From a virus (Duplodnaviria; Caudoviricetes), in the IMG/VR virus record IMGVR_UViG_3300040971_000359, positions 1 to 26,990 of that record: a DNA stretch of 26,990 nucleotides. The stretch is one strand, 5' to 3'. The notes beneath the pieces were generated by a model. It made no database searches. It worked only from the letters and a program-made list of their open reading frames with translations, and was not told the origin of the DNA. The position numbers and the translations under genes were made by a program. Positions 1 through 8,384 of this stretch are shown piece after piece. Position 1 is the first letter of the stretch; the number at the start of each line of letters is the position of its first letter.

Positions 1-1791
1 CGCCACCACGTCTGTCTTCATGCTGATGACCGCAAGTCTCGCAATGCCTGCCATCTTCACAATCGTGCCAAAGGCAACGGCGCCGGTGCCAATCGTCACC
101 ATGGCGGCGGATAGATTGGGAAACTGTTCGGCAAAATCCGCCAGCAGTTGGATGCCTTTCGTGAGCGGCGCGATAATGTCGCGGATCGCCGGCAAGAACA
201 CCGTGCCCAGGTTGATCCCCGCTTCGCTCACCGAATTTTTCAAGAGCTGCAGCTGGGCCTCGGTGGTCTTGACGCGCTCTTCAAACTCCTTATTCATAGC
301 GCCGGTAACATTCGCCTGGTTACCAAGGTCGGCCAATGACTTGCGGTAGGCATCCGCACCGGTTACCAGCCTGGCAATCTCATCCTGATGCTCCCGACCA
401 AAGAGGCCAGTTAATACCTCGGCCTGCTTTTGCCCACTCAACTGACCCAGCGAGGTCAGCAGGGTGTCTATCGCCTGTTGCGGGTTCGCCGCGATCTGGG
501 CGGCCATCTCCTCGGCACTCAGTCCGATCTGGGCCATGGCGTCCTGAAACTTGTCACCCTGCATGGTCCCGGTCAACAACCGGTTAATCATGGCGTTGAT
601 CGCCGTGCCCGCCACCTCGGTCTGCATCCCAAGTGACAACATGGTTGAGGCCAGGGCGGCGGCCTGGTCGTTGCCCATCCCCACCTGCTTGACTGAGCCG
701 CCGATCCTCAGCATAACATCGACAATGTCCTTTTCTTTTGCCGCCGTGGTGTTGCCGAGCCGGTTGATGGTGTCACCAAGGGCTTCTATCTCCTGGATGC
801 TCAGCCCGTACAGGGTCTTAATCTTCCCTATCGCCTCACCGGCCTCTTCCGCCGTCATGTTGAAGGCGGTGGCCATCTTCGCGGTGACGGTCACAAAGGC
901 CGTCATATCCTGCACGGCGATACCAAGCTGCCCACCGGCTGCGGCGATGGCCGCCAGCTCGTTGGCGGTCATGGGGATCACCCTGGTCAACTCCAGCAGC
1001 TCACCGCGCAGGGCCGCCAACTCCTGTGGCGTTCCCTCCACCACCTTTTTGACATTGGCCATGGAGGACTCAAACTTGATCGCCTGGCCGATAGCCAGGA
1101 CTGTCGGAGCGGCGACGGCGGCAATCTCCAGCATCCCCATCTTCACGTTGCCAAGAGCGGCCTTCCAGCCGTTTGTCCCTTCCCGCAATTCGTCTATCCG
1201 CTCCCGCAATCGCACCTTGGCCTGGGCCAGCTCGTTCGTGGTGGCCAGTCCGGACGTCCGCAGGGTGGCATAGGCCGCCTTGGCCCGGTCGATCTCTTTG
1301 GCGATATCGTTGTGGGAGGTGACGCCGAGCGTGGTCCTGGCCTGGGCGACGTTAGCCAGGTCCTGGTATTTTTTCCTGGTGGCCTCCAGCTGAGATCGTA
1401 AGGCGGACTGCTGCCCGGCCAGATTAGAGGTGGATACCCCGGCTGCCGCCATGGATCCGCGCACGGAATGCAACTGCTGTTGCTGGGCCGCAAGCTCTGT
1501 TTTCAGCTTTGCCGCCGCCAGCTTGGCCTTGTCAAAGTCCTTGGCCAATGCGGCGCCGCCTGCGCCGTCAGCCATCTTCCTGGCCAGCTCAACAACTTTG
1601 CGCTGGGCCTCGCCATAATCCTTCGCGATCTCCGCCGTCCGCTTCTTCAGGTCGGCAAAACCCTTGATGGATTGCAAGGACTGGGTGATTCCAGATGATA
1701 CCGCCTTAAAGTCTGCCAGCACCCTGGCCAGCCCGGTCTTGACTTCTCCCGAACCAAGGGTTAGTTTTATTTTAAGGGAGGTGTTTTTCAT
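1..1791 (-). CDS. Tail tape measure protein (3' end outside window)
   Basis: Not in ORF track. Minus ATG at 1791 (MKNTSLKIKLTLGSGEVKTGLARV...), in frame with position 1; TP901-type core (FESSMANVKKVV...AAAGGQLG...LGDTINRLGNTTAAKE); follows tail chaperone. Confidence 0.92.
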   Translation of the reverse strand, partial: MKNTSLKIKLTLGSGEVKTGLARVLADFKAVSSGITQSLQSIKGFADLKKRTAEIAKDYGEAQRKVVELARKMADGAGGAALAKDFDKAKLAAAKLKTELAAQQQQLHSVRGSMAAAGVSTSNLAGQQSALRSQLEATRKKYQDLANVAQARTTLGVTSHNDIAKEIDRAKAAYATLRTSGLATTNELAQAKVRLRERIDELREGTNGWKAALGNVKMGMLEIAAVAAPTVLAIGQAIKFESSMANVKKVVEGTPQELAALRGELLELTRVIPMTANELAAIAAAGGQLGIAVQDMTAFVTVTAKMATAFNMTAEEAGEAIGKIKTLYGLSIQEIEALGDTINRLGNTTAAKEKDIVDVMLRIGGSVKQVGMGNDQAAALASTMLSLGMQTEVAGTAINAMINRLLTGTMQGDKFQDAMAQIGLSAEEMAAQIAANPQQAIDTLLTSLGQLSGQKQAEVLTGLFGREHQDEIARLVTGADAYRKSLADLGNQANVTGAMNKEFEERVKTTEAQLQLLKNSVSEAGINLGTVFLPAIRDIIAPLTKGIQLLADFAEQFPNLSAAMVTIGTGAVAFGTIVKMAGIARLAVISMKTDVVA

Positions 1792-2032
1792 GGTGTCAAC
1801 TCAATCCTTGTCCAGTAAAAACGTGCTGGTGGCTGCAATCTTTGCCGTTATGGTGGTGGTCCTGCTGGCGAACGATGGCCGGGTCGCCTTTGACAAAGTG
1901 CTGGGACTTGCGATCCTCATTCCGATTTCCTGTCTGTTCACTTTCATCAGCGGGCTGTTCATGGGCCGTATTGGCATGGTGATCGCGACGGCGCTCTGCC
2001 TTGTCTGGGCGATTGCCGTCGCGATTGGTTGA
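1790..2032 (+). CDS. Small antisense membrane protein (80 aa, about 3 TM segments)
   Basis: AAGGGAGGTG Shine-Dalgarno at 1774-1783 before ATG 1790; MVSTQSLSSKNVLVAAIFAVMVVVLLA...LCLVWAIAVAIG is strongly hydrophobic; exactly fills the gap between tail genes. Confidence 0.7.
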   Translation: MVSTQSLSSKNVLVAAIFAVMVVVLLANDGRVAFDKVLGLAILIPISCLFTFISGLFMGRIGMVIATALCLVWAIAVAIG

Positions 2033-2227
2033 TCATTTACCTCCTGACGCTTTGAGCAGCTCATCAATGGCGATCAGAAAAAACGACCAGCCATAATCCC
2101 ATGCGCCTACATGCCCGGCCCTGATCATGGTGCAAAGGATACGCCTCACTGAGTCTTTTGCGCGGCCAACTCCTGATCCACTATGCTTGCCGCGGCGACC
2201 AGCCGGGCGTACATCTGCAACAAAAAA
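2033..2227 (-). CDS. -1 frameshift extension of tail assembly chaperone (gpGT / P2 E+E'-like)
   Basis: T TTT TTG at 2227-2221 in chaperone frame; -1 frame open to TGA at 2035-2033, ending ...VRRILCTMIRAGHVGAWDYGWSFFLIAIDELLKASGGK. Confidence 0.65.
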   Translation of the reverse strand, partial: FFVADVRPAGRRGKHSGSGVGRAKDSVRRILCTMIRAGHVGAWDYGWSFFLIAIDELLKASGGK

Positions 2228-2475
2228 GGATTCATTTCCTCAACGGCCTCCCACAGTTTTTGCAGTTCACTGGGGGCGATATCACCGTTGAGTTGCTCCG
2301 AAGATACCCCGGTTGATGCCACCACCGCGCCGATCGGGATGTTTGGATTCATCAGCATCTCCACCGTGGTAACCTTGCTGTCGCTGCCGGTGAGCAACGA
2401 GTCAACCTGGGCCACGGTCAACTCGCCCACCTCGACTTCTTTTCCATCAAACTGAATAGCTTTGCTTTTCCGCAT
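2146..2475 (-). CDS. Tail assembly chaperone
   Basis: 109 aa between tube and tape measure genes; slippery site near 3' end. Confidence 0.75.
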   Translation of the reverse strand: MRKSKAIQFDGKEVEVGELTVAQVDSLLTGSDSKVTTVEMLMNPNIPIGAVVASTGVSSEQLNGDIAPSELQKLWEAVEEMNPFLLQMYARLVAAASIVDQELAAQKTQ

Positions 2476-2486
2476 TATTTTTACCC

Positions 2487-2522
2487 AATTCGTAATTTTT
2501 ATTTTTTAGCTAAAGCATAATG
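2487..2522. repeat. Intergenic repeat copy (AATTCGTAATT...TAGCTAAAGCATAATG), inverted relative to 4512-4540
   Basis: 2507-2522 is the exact reverse complement of 4512-4527; 2487-2501 is identical to 4566-4580. Confidence 0.75.
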
Positions 2523-2586
2523 GTCTGTAATCAAAGGAGCCCAAAAAGACGGGCCCCATTGAACATCCCCTAAATTCCTAATCTGA

Positions 2587-3333
2587 TCAGCTCAGCCAGA
2601 CATGTTTCATCGGCTCATCGAAGCCGGTCGGTGTTTCAAGGACGCCTTCGAAGGTGACCTCGGCGAACTCGGTGCCGATGAAGCTGAAGTTGCTGGTCGG
2701 ATTGAGACGCATCATATAGACGTCGGTGATAAAATCGCGGCCGTCGGCAAAGTTCTGACCGTCGAGCTTGACGCGGATCCGCACGTTGCTCTTGGTCATG
2801 GCCTTCATCTCGACGCCGTTTACCGCCGCATAGGTGGGGGTGACCTTGCATATCTCGCCGCTCGGGATAAGCCCGGTGGACAGGGCCTTGATCATGCTCA
2901 ACCGGGTATTGAGCTCATAATCGGTACCGAGGACGTAGGTGGTGGCGCCGGTGGGATCTGTCACCACGGCGGACTCCAGCATGACCCCGCCTATCTCCAC
3001 CCATTTGTCTTCGATGGTCGTCACATCCCGCACGGCTGCCGCCCCGGCTGCCTGAGTCAGGATCGAGTTGGTCCCGAAAAACGCGGCGGCAAAGAGCGCC
3101 TGGTCGAGCTGGTTGAATTTCACGGTGCAAGTCATCGGTTTCGGCAGGGTAACCGAGGCGATAACCTGTCCGGTCTTGCCCCGGCCGTTCGAGGTCATTT
3201 CCTTCCTCTCGGCGTCAGGCTTCGGGGTAAACTCGCTGCAGTTGCCCTTCAGCTCCAGGCCGGTGCGCTCGCCGGTGTCGGACAGTATATCCACATAGGC
3301 ATCGGCCTCGCCGATAAATGAAAATGGTTCCAT
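2587..3333 (-). CDS. Major tail tube protein
   Basis: 248 aa, AAGGAG SD, beta-rich, positioned after tail terminator and before chaperone. Confidence 0.8.
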   Translation of the reverse strand: MEPFSFIGEADAYVDILSDTGERTGLELKGNCSEFTPKPDAERKEMTSNGRGKTGQVIASVTLPKPMTCTVKFNQLDQALFAAAFFGTNSILTQAAGAAAVRDVTTIEDKWVEIGGVMLESAVVTDPTGATTYVLGTDYELNTRLSMIKALSTGLIPSGEICKVTPTYAAVNGVEMKAMTKSNVRIRVKLDGQNFADGRDFITDVYMMRLNPTSNFSFIGTEFAEVTFEGVLETPTGFDEPMKHVWLS

Positions 3334-3354
3334 AATTTTTCTCCTTGAGGCTTA

Positions 3355-3768
3355 TCAGCCTTGATTTACAATCATTGACGGCATGACCTTCATGGTCACC
3401 CGCGCTGTATAAATGAGCAGGGTTCCTTCGGTTCCCTCCAAAACTATGTCGACCTCGGAGGGCAAGACGCCGCCGGTTGTCCACGGCCGCCAATCGGTAA
3501 AGGCAACACTCACGGCATCGACAATATCTCCCGCCGCCGCCTGACCCTTATCCGTACCCAGGGCCGAAACAACCAGGACCAGATCCCACCCGAGGTTTCT
3601 GGTGACAGTTGGCTTACTTGCTTCCTTTCGGTTACTGGCCAGATAGACCGCGACGGTTGGCGGACTTTTCAGGGTCTTTGCGGTGACGGTCTTCTCCACC
3701 GCCTTAAACAGGCCCAGGCTGTTCAGCTCGGCCTCGATCGCAGCCGCAATCATCGACGTATACATCAC
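3355..3768 (-). CDS. Tail terminator / Mu gp37-like neck protein
   Basis: 137 aa, overlaps stop of gp36-like gene; call based mainly on size and position. Confidence 0.65.
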   Translation of the reverse strand: MMYTSMIAAAIEAELNSLGLFKAVEKTVTAKTLKSPPTVAVYLASNRKEASKPTVTRNLGWDLVLVVSALGTDKGQAAAGDIVDAVSVAFTDWRPWTTGGVLPSEVDIVLEGTEGTLLIYTARVTMKVMPSMIVNQG

Positions 3769-4193
3769 AGCCCTCTCATATTTTTACGGCTGAAAAGCCG
3801 CTCGTTGCCGGGGATCAGCGCGCTGCTGCTCTCACTTGACACCGCAGCCGTTAAAGGAATGCCGATCGAGGCATCCCCTTTCTGCACCTGGCGCAGAAAA
3901 GAGAGGGTCTGTTTCTGGCGCTCGCCGATCACCTCCGGCATCGGCACATGCGTGCGCCGGCTGTACAGGTTATAGACGGCCAGGTCGACCGCGTACATCC
4001 GCACCAGGGGCGGTACCGGATCAAACGGTACGGTATATCGGTCACCGCAATGGGCATCGATCAAGGTCATGGCGTTGGCAATGGCCCGGTCGATGACCGT
4101 CTGGTCAACGGCATCGAGCTGTTCATCGTCGGTAAGACTGATCAGCTCAGACTCGGCCACCTGTTCGAGGATGTCGGCAAGGGTGGCGTACAT
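3765..4193 (-). CDS. Mu gp36-like head-tail adaptor (DUF1320)
   Basis: MYATLADI...LISLTD...RYTVPF...DLAVYNLY...LRQVQKGDASIG pattern. Confidence 0.88.
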   Translation of the reverse strand: MYATLADILEQVAESELISLTDDEQLDAVDQTVIDRAIANAMTLIDAHCGDRYTVPFDPVPPLVRMYAVDLAVYNLYSRRTHVPMPEVIGERQKQTLSFLRQVQKGDASIGIPLTAAVSSESSSALIPGNERLFSRKNMRGL

Positions 4194-4498
4194 TATTCAG
4201 CAGGCTCCAGCGCTTTGCGCCGTACGGCAATGGCCGCCAGCACGCTTATGCGCTCTTCGCCCGACTGCAGGCCATCCAGCGCCTCAACAGTCGTCGCCGC
4301 CTTGATCAGGGCAATGGTATCACTGGCGTTCAGCCGCGCCGGCGCATCCCCGATATCCTCGACCTCCAGCATCGACTCCGCCCGCAAGATCACAAGCTCA
4401 TCTGCACTGAAATGGTCATCGGGATATTCAACAGGCCGCCTGCCGTGGGCAACGCCACAGCGCCGAAAGCCCTCTTTTTTACTGCTGATTCTGATCAT
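4193..4498 (-). CDS. HI1506/FluMu gp35-like protein
   Basis: MIRISSKKEGFRRCGVAH...L.AESMLEV motif; directly after gpT. Confidence 0.8.
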   Translation of the reverse strand: MIRISSKKEGFRRCGVAHGRRPVEYPDDHFSADELVILRAESMLEVEDIGDAPARLNASDTIALIKAATTVEALDGLQSGEERISVLAAIAVRRKALEPAE

Positions 4499-4511
4499 TA
4501 CGAGTTCCTCT

Positions 4512-4580
4512 CATTATGCTTTAGCTACGAATTACGAATTCAAAGACAGGGCCTTCGTAATTCGTAATTCGTAATTTTTA
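4512..4580. repeat. Heptamer (TTCGTAA) repeat hairpin downstream of major capsid gene
   Basis: TACGAATTACGAA (4526-4538) pairs with TTCGTAATTCGTA (4554-4566); three tandem TTCGTAA at 4554-4574. Confidence 0.75.
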
Positions 4581-4587
4581 ATTGACC

Positions 4588-5481
4588 TTACGCCAGCCAG
4601 GGCACCTCAAGAAGTTCGACCCGGTTGAAGTTGGTATTGCTGTCACCGCCGTTGATCAGTTGGGCCTGGACGATCTTGCGCGCGGCGCTGGCATTGGATG
4701 AGCCGACCACCAGCATGTTCGGCTTGACACCCAGGGGCTTGCCGCCATCGCCGGTGAAGGCGGTCATGGCATCATACGCCGCTTCAAAGTTGGCGTCCGT
4801 CAGCGCCAGCTGGGAGCCGAAGGCCATCTGCCAGAAGCCGAAGCCGACATTCTTGCGGTCATCGATGCCGTAGATCAGCTCATCCTTGTTGAAGACGTTG
4901 TCGTCCTCCGGCCGGTCCTTTTTGACAAACTGCGGCTGCTTGCGCATCTGCAGGATCAGCGGCTTGAGCGGCCGTCTGGTGTCGAGCAGGAACCAGGGGG
5001 TTAACGCTCCGGCCTGCACATTGACGACCGACTGCGTGACGCCGTCGGCATCAATCACGGGATGATCGATATCGAAAAAGAACTGGCCGTCGTAACACGG
5101 AGTCGCAAATCCGGCCGCGAGCAAGGCAAAGATCAGCTGGTCCGGGTGCTCGGAAGCCGAAGAACCGAGCATCTCCATCATCGGCGCGTAGACTCCGTAT
5201 TGGTCATCTTCGACCTTGTCCCGAGGCACACCGACAGTCAGCTCGAACTTTTTGTTCTTGATGCTGTAGTCATGCTGGGCCAGGTTATGGATCAGCCGAT
5301 CACCGATCCATTCCCGCATGCCGGGGATGTTGCCCAGCCAGCCGTAATCCTCGGTGCCGGTAGTCGATGGCACCATGGTGGCGATTTTACTCCACAGCGG
5401 CGTGACGCCGTCGAAGCCGCGCTGGAATGCTGCATTGAAGGCCCTAAACAAAATGGCCAGGGCACCGCTATTGATGATCAT
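4588..5481 (-). CDS. Mu-like major head subunit gpT
   Basis: YGWLGNIPGMREWIGDR, CYDGQFFFDIDHPV, GFGFWQMAFGS motifs; AAGGAG SD. Confidence 0.95.
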   Translation of the reverse strand: MIINSGALAILFRAFNAAFQRGFDGVTPLWSKIATMVPSTTGTEDYGWLGNIPGMREWIGDRLIHNLAQHDYSIKNKKFELTVGVPRDKVEDDQYGVYAPMMEMLGSSASEHPDQLIFALLAAGFATPCYDGQFFFDIDHPVIDADGVTQSVVNVQAGALTPWFLLDTRRPLKPLILQMRKQPQFVKKDRPEDDNVFNKDELIYGIDDRKNVGFGFWQMAFGSQLALTDANFEAAYDAMTAFTGDGGKPLGVKPNMLVVGSSNASAARKIVQAQLINGGDSNTNFNRVELLEVPWLA

Positions 5482-5565
5482 GATTCACTCCTTGTTTTAA
5501 TTTTTATGCGGTCAGGCCGCTTACCGGCCGCCAGGATCCGGGTACCGCCCGGCTGTTACTCTTGG

Positions 5566-5973
5566 TTATTTGAATGTGACCCAGACACCCTGGGCGTCGA
5601 CATCAAAAACGGTCCCGGCAATCGACCTGGTCCCCACACCATCGGTGGCGGCCACGGTCTGATCATCGACAATAAAGCAGTTGCTGCCGATGTTGGCGAT
5701 GGTGACCGGGTCAGCGGCCAGGTTATCAAACAGGAAGACCCCTTTCTCGATCTCGACCCCTGCCGCCCCGGCCAGCCCCAGGGTGTTGTCGACTGTATCG
5801 ACGGCCCGCCCGACGCCCAGGATGCCGACGGCGGTAGCGCCGGGGATGGCATTACCGGCCGCATTCCTGGCGACCAGGGAACCGGCGAAGACCAGTACCG
5901 CCGCTGCCGCCCCCAGATTGAGACGGGAGCCTGTCCTGGCGGCTGTGTTACGTTCTGCTGTTAAAGGTGGCAT
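5566..5973 (-). CDS. Putative capsid decoration/cement protein
   Basis: 135 aa Ala/Gly-rich, between gpI and gpT; GAGGAG SD. Confidence 0.7.
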   Translation of the reverse strand: MPPLTAERNTAARTGSRLNLGAAAAVLVFAGSLVARNAAGNAIPGATAVGILGVGRAVDTVDNTLGLAGAAGVEIEKGVFLFDNLAADPVTIANIGSNCFIVDDQTVAATDGVGTRSIAGTVFDVDAQGVWVTFK

Positions 5974-6032
5974 GATTTACTCCTCTTGCTGTGATTGATG
6001 ATTGTTTCTCGCGTCAGCCGGTCCTGGTCCGA

Positions 6033-6524
6033 TCAGACCGCCGTCTTGAGATATTCTTCCGCCGTAATGCCAAGGTTATCGCAGACCTTCTGCTCCTCAG
6101 CATTCAGAGCCTTCCTGTTCGTGTTCAGGTCTTTATCGTTTAACCCTGAGTCGCCGCCGATGGCCGGTGCCGCCGCGCAATAGGCGGTGAATCGTGCCAA
6201 CCCACCTTCCTGCCGGCACTGGGCCTTGTGGTAATCAGCGGTGGCCGGGGTAATCTTGCCATCCTTCAGGGCCTGGCCGATGGCGGTGTTGACATCCGTC
6301 TCCAGCTTCTCGTCCTTGATCTGCTGGAGCTGAGTCTCGGCATTGGTCGCTTTGGCCAGGGCCGCGTTATAGTCGGCACGCGGCACAAACTTTTCAAGGC
6401 TCGGGTTCTCCGCCCGGTTGGCGGCGGTGGCCAGTTCGTTCCGCAGGCCGCCGATCTTACCCACGACCTCAGCCTCAGTGGTGTTTTCCGGCAGGCCCAG
6501 CGCCGCCAGTATCGCTTTCAACAT
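6033..6524 (-). CDS. Nested in-frame scaffold protein (Mu gpZ-like)
   Basis: Internal AAGGAG-agcact-ATG at 6524 in gpI frame (MLKAILAALGLPE...), the arrangement of Mu I/Z. Confidence 0.7.
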   Translation of the reverse strand: MLKAILAALGLPENTTEAEVVGKIGGLRNELATAANRAENPSLEKFVPRADYNAALAKATNAETQLQQIKDEKLETDVNTAIGQALKDGKITPATADYHKAQCRQEGGLARFTAYCAAAPAIGGDSGLNDKDLNTNRKALNAEEQKVCDNLGITAEEYLKTAV

Positions 6525-7004
6525 AGTGCTCTCCTTTGGGGTAGTGGCCCCTTGTTCGTGGTTAAGTGCCGGGAGCTTCAGGTTGGGCTGATTGGTAGCG
6601 CCGACCGAGGTCAACCCGACGATGATGCCGGTAGATTGTTCATAGATGATCACCGGGCTCAGATATCGATACGCTCCGTCGCCGATCAGCTGCTTCCCGG
6701 ATGTGTTCCATTCCGTTCGGCCCCAGATGGCTCCGTCCCGATTCTCCAATTCCTTCACCCAGGCAATAGCCGGAGCAGGATCCCCGCTTGGCGCCTTCAG
6801 TTCTGAGCTGTGCTCGATGTCAATGGGCAGATCGCGGGCCAGCTCGGTGAAAGAGGCAATGATTGCTTCCGGCTTGCTGTTGTTCCAGGTCCTTCCATCT
6901 CGGCCGACAATCGCCCCGGCTGGAATGAGCTCTACCCACTCCGGGACATTGCCGTCCGCCAGGGGGATTATCATGGTGTTGATCGCCACTTTATTTCTCT
7001 TCAT
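6033..7004 (-). CDS. Mu-like prohead protease gpI
   Basis: WVELIPAG...GRDGR, IDIEH, YRYLSPV, TNQPNL motifs. Confidence 0.93.
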   Translation of the reverse strand: MKRNKVAINTMIIPLADGNVPEWVELIPAGAIVGRDGRTWNNSKPEAIIASFTELARDLPIDIEHSSELKAPSGDPAPAIAWVKELENRDGAIWGRTEWNTSGKQLIGDGAYRYLSPVIIYEQSTGIIVGLTSVGATNQPNLKLPALNHEQGATTPKESTMLKAILAALGLPENTTEAEVVGKIGGLRNELATAANRAENPSLEKFVPRADYNAALAKATNAETQLQQIKDEKLETDVNTAIGQALKDGKITPATADYHKAQCRQEGGLARFTAYCAAAPAIGGDSGLNDKDLNTNRKALNAEEQKVCDNLGITAEEYLKTAV

Positions 7005-7125
7005 CGCCTTCCCTTAAAACCTTGTTTAAAGTCCGTTTAAAATCTTCCGTATCGTTCGCTTCGGATTTTTTCGGCCTATGGGGCGGGCGAGCATGTAAAT
7101 CGATTTACGGCCATTCTTGGCACTT
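7005..7125 (-). promoter_or_regulatory. gpG-gpI intergenic region, candidate late promoter/regulatory site
   Basis: Perfect palindrome GTAAATCGATTTAC (7095-7108) and repeated TTTAAA blocks; Mu has late promoter PI at this position. Confidence 0.35.
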
Positions 7126-7659
7126 CTATTCCCAGTCCGTTATTTCATCCCGGATCATCTCCAGAATCCATGTTCGGTCGGTCTCGGCCAGCTCCAGTCC
7201 ATCACCCTTGTTCATCGCCAGATACTCCCTGGCCGGGATGGTCACCTTCCTTCCTCGCCCGGCCTGGCCGCCGAGCTGGTGGATGGCCGCATAAGGGATG
7301 GAGCCGGAGCTGCCGATGGTTACGCTGTTGCTGTCCGCCTGAAAATGGATCGAGCCTTCCAGATCGCCGCTCTCCCGCAGGATGCGCTTGCCCTGGATAT
7401 ACTGCTTGCCCCTGGCCGACAGTCCGCCGTTCTTCTTCCAGCCCTTATTTTTCCCCAGCCCCATCATCATGGTGTCCTGGGCCAGGGGTTTCCACGCGCT
7501 GCCGTCCGGCGCCGATTCGGCCTTGAAGTTTTCCAGCACCCGGCGTTCGTAGAATGCGCCGATCCTGGTCATCAGCGGCTTCATGTTGCCGACCTTGGCC
7601 TCAATCCTCCGCAGCAGGGCCATCATCTCACGATCGCCTATTCTGACCGAGATATCCAT
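7126..7659 (-). CDS. Mu gpG-like virion morphogenesis protein
   Basis: F..ESAPDGSAWKPL, ILRESGDL, YAAIHQLGG...IPAREYL motifs. Confidence 0.9.
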   Translation of the reverse strand: MDISVRIGDREMMALLRRIEAKVGNMKPLMTRIGAFYERRVLENFKAESAPDGSAWKPLAQDTMMMGLGKNKGWKKNGGLSARGKQYIQGKRILRESGDLEGSIHFQADSNSVTIGSSGSIPYAAIHQLGGQAGRGRKVTIPAREYLAMNKGDGLELAETDRTWILEMIRDEITDWE

Positions 7660-8384
7660 TCCGTCAGTCCTTTTGCTTCCAGCTGCGCCATCCAGGCCGC
7701 AGCGATATCGGCAGGCACCCCCGCCATTTTCTCCTGCATCGAAGCGGCCAGATGCTCCGGCCCCGCTGAACCGACGTTATAATCCCAGCCCGAATCGGCC
7801 ATGGCCTCCCAGCCTTTTGGCCGGATATTTTTGCCGCCCTCGTTGAATTCCTGCTCGGTGGCAGCCACCGCCCGACACTTGCAGCCCCAGCCGTTGGGCG
7901 GATAGTTGGCGGACCAGAACGGATCGGTGCGCGGCAGGACCGTGCCGTCCATAGCCACATGGTTGGGCCGGGGATGCCGGACCCCATCGTTGTGGACATA
8001 CTTCAAATAGTCGATACCGCCGTCCTCAAATTGTTGCCAGCGTCCGGCCTGATAGGCAGTGCTGATATTAGTCCGCCAGATCAGATCACTGCGCCAGGCC
8101 GTCCCGCCGCCCTTCAACTGCCAGCCGTACCGCTCCACCAGGGGCCGGAACTGCTTCCTGAACTCGAGGATATCCATGCCCCCGGCAATGGCCTTGTCGG
8201 TCATCTGCCGCAGCTCGGTGAGCAGATCGGCCTGGTAGGCACCGGCGCTGACAAAGGCCTTGGCATGGGCAGCCCCGACAATATCGTCATAGGCAGCAGT
8301 GGGGAGATTCAGCTTGTCGCGGAAGAACCGCTCCGCTTCGGCAAAGGGCAGACTGAAAACCCTGGCGAATTCAGCGGCGTTCAT
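7638..8384 (-). CDS. Mu gpF-like minor head protein
   Basis: RTNISTAYQAGR, RPNH, DPFW...YPPNGWGCKC motifs. Confidence 0.92.
   Translation of the reverse strand: MNAAEFARVFSLPFAEAERFFRDKLNLPTAAYDDIVGAAHAKAFVSAGAYQADLLTELRQMTDKAIAGGMDILEFRKQFRPLVERYGWQLKGGGTAWRSDLIWRTNISTAYQAGRWQQFEDGGIDYLKYVHNDGVRHPRPNHVAMDGTVLPRTDPFWSANYPPNGWGCKCRAVAATEQEFNEGGKNIRPKGWEAMADSGWDYNVGSAGPEHLAASMQEKMAGVPADIAAAWMAQLEAKGLTEWISRSE

Noticed and set aside
20-1698. Plus-strand ORFs over the tape measure gene, and similar long plus-strand ORFs across the structural and transposase genes
   Set aside because: Antisense shadows of GC-rich minus-strand genes; no recognisable motifs.
1801-2067. 88-aa minus-strand ORF in frame with the tape measure gene (possible read-through)
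   Set aside because: Mirror of the better-supported plus-strand membrane gene; overlaps the chaperone extension; no convincing SD.
4526-4580. CRISPR array or the Mu-gpT-DE RNA motif downstream of gpT
   Set aside because: No repeat-spacer structure; I cannot match it to the RNA motif without a covariance search.
5490-5560. Small GC-rich hairpins upstream of gpT
   Set aside because: Short stems, no U-tract, no recognisable RNA motif.
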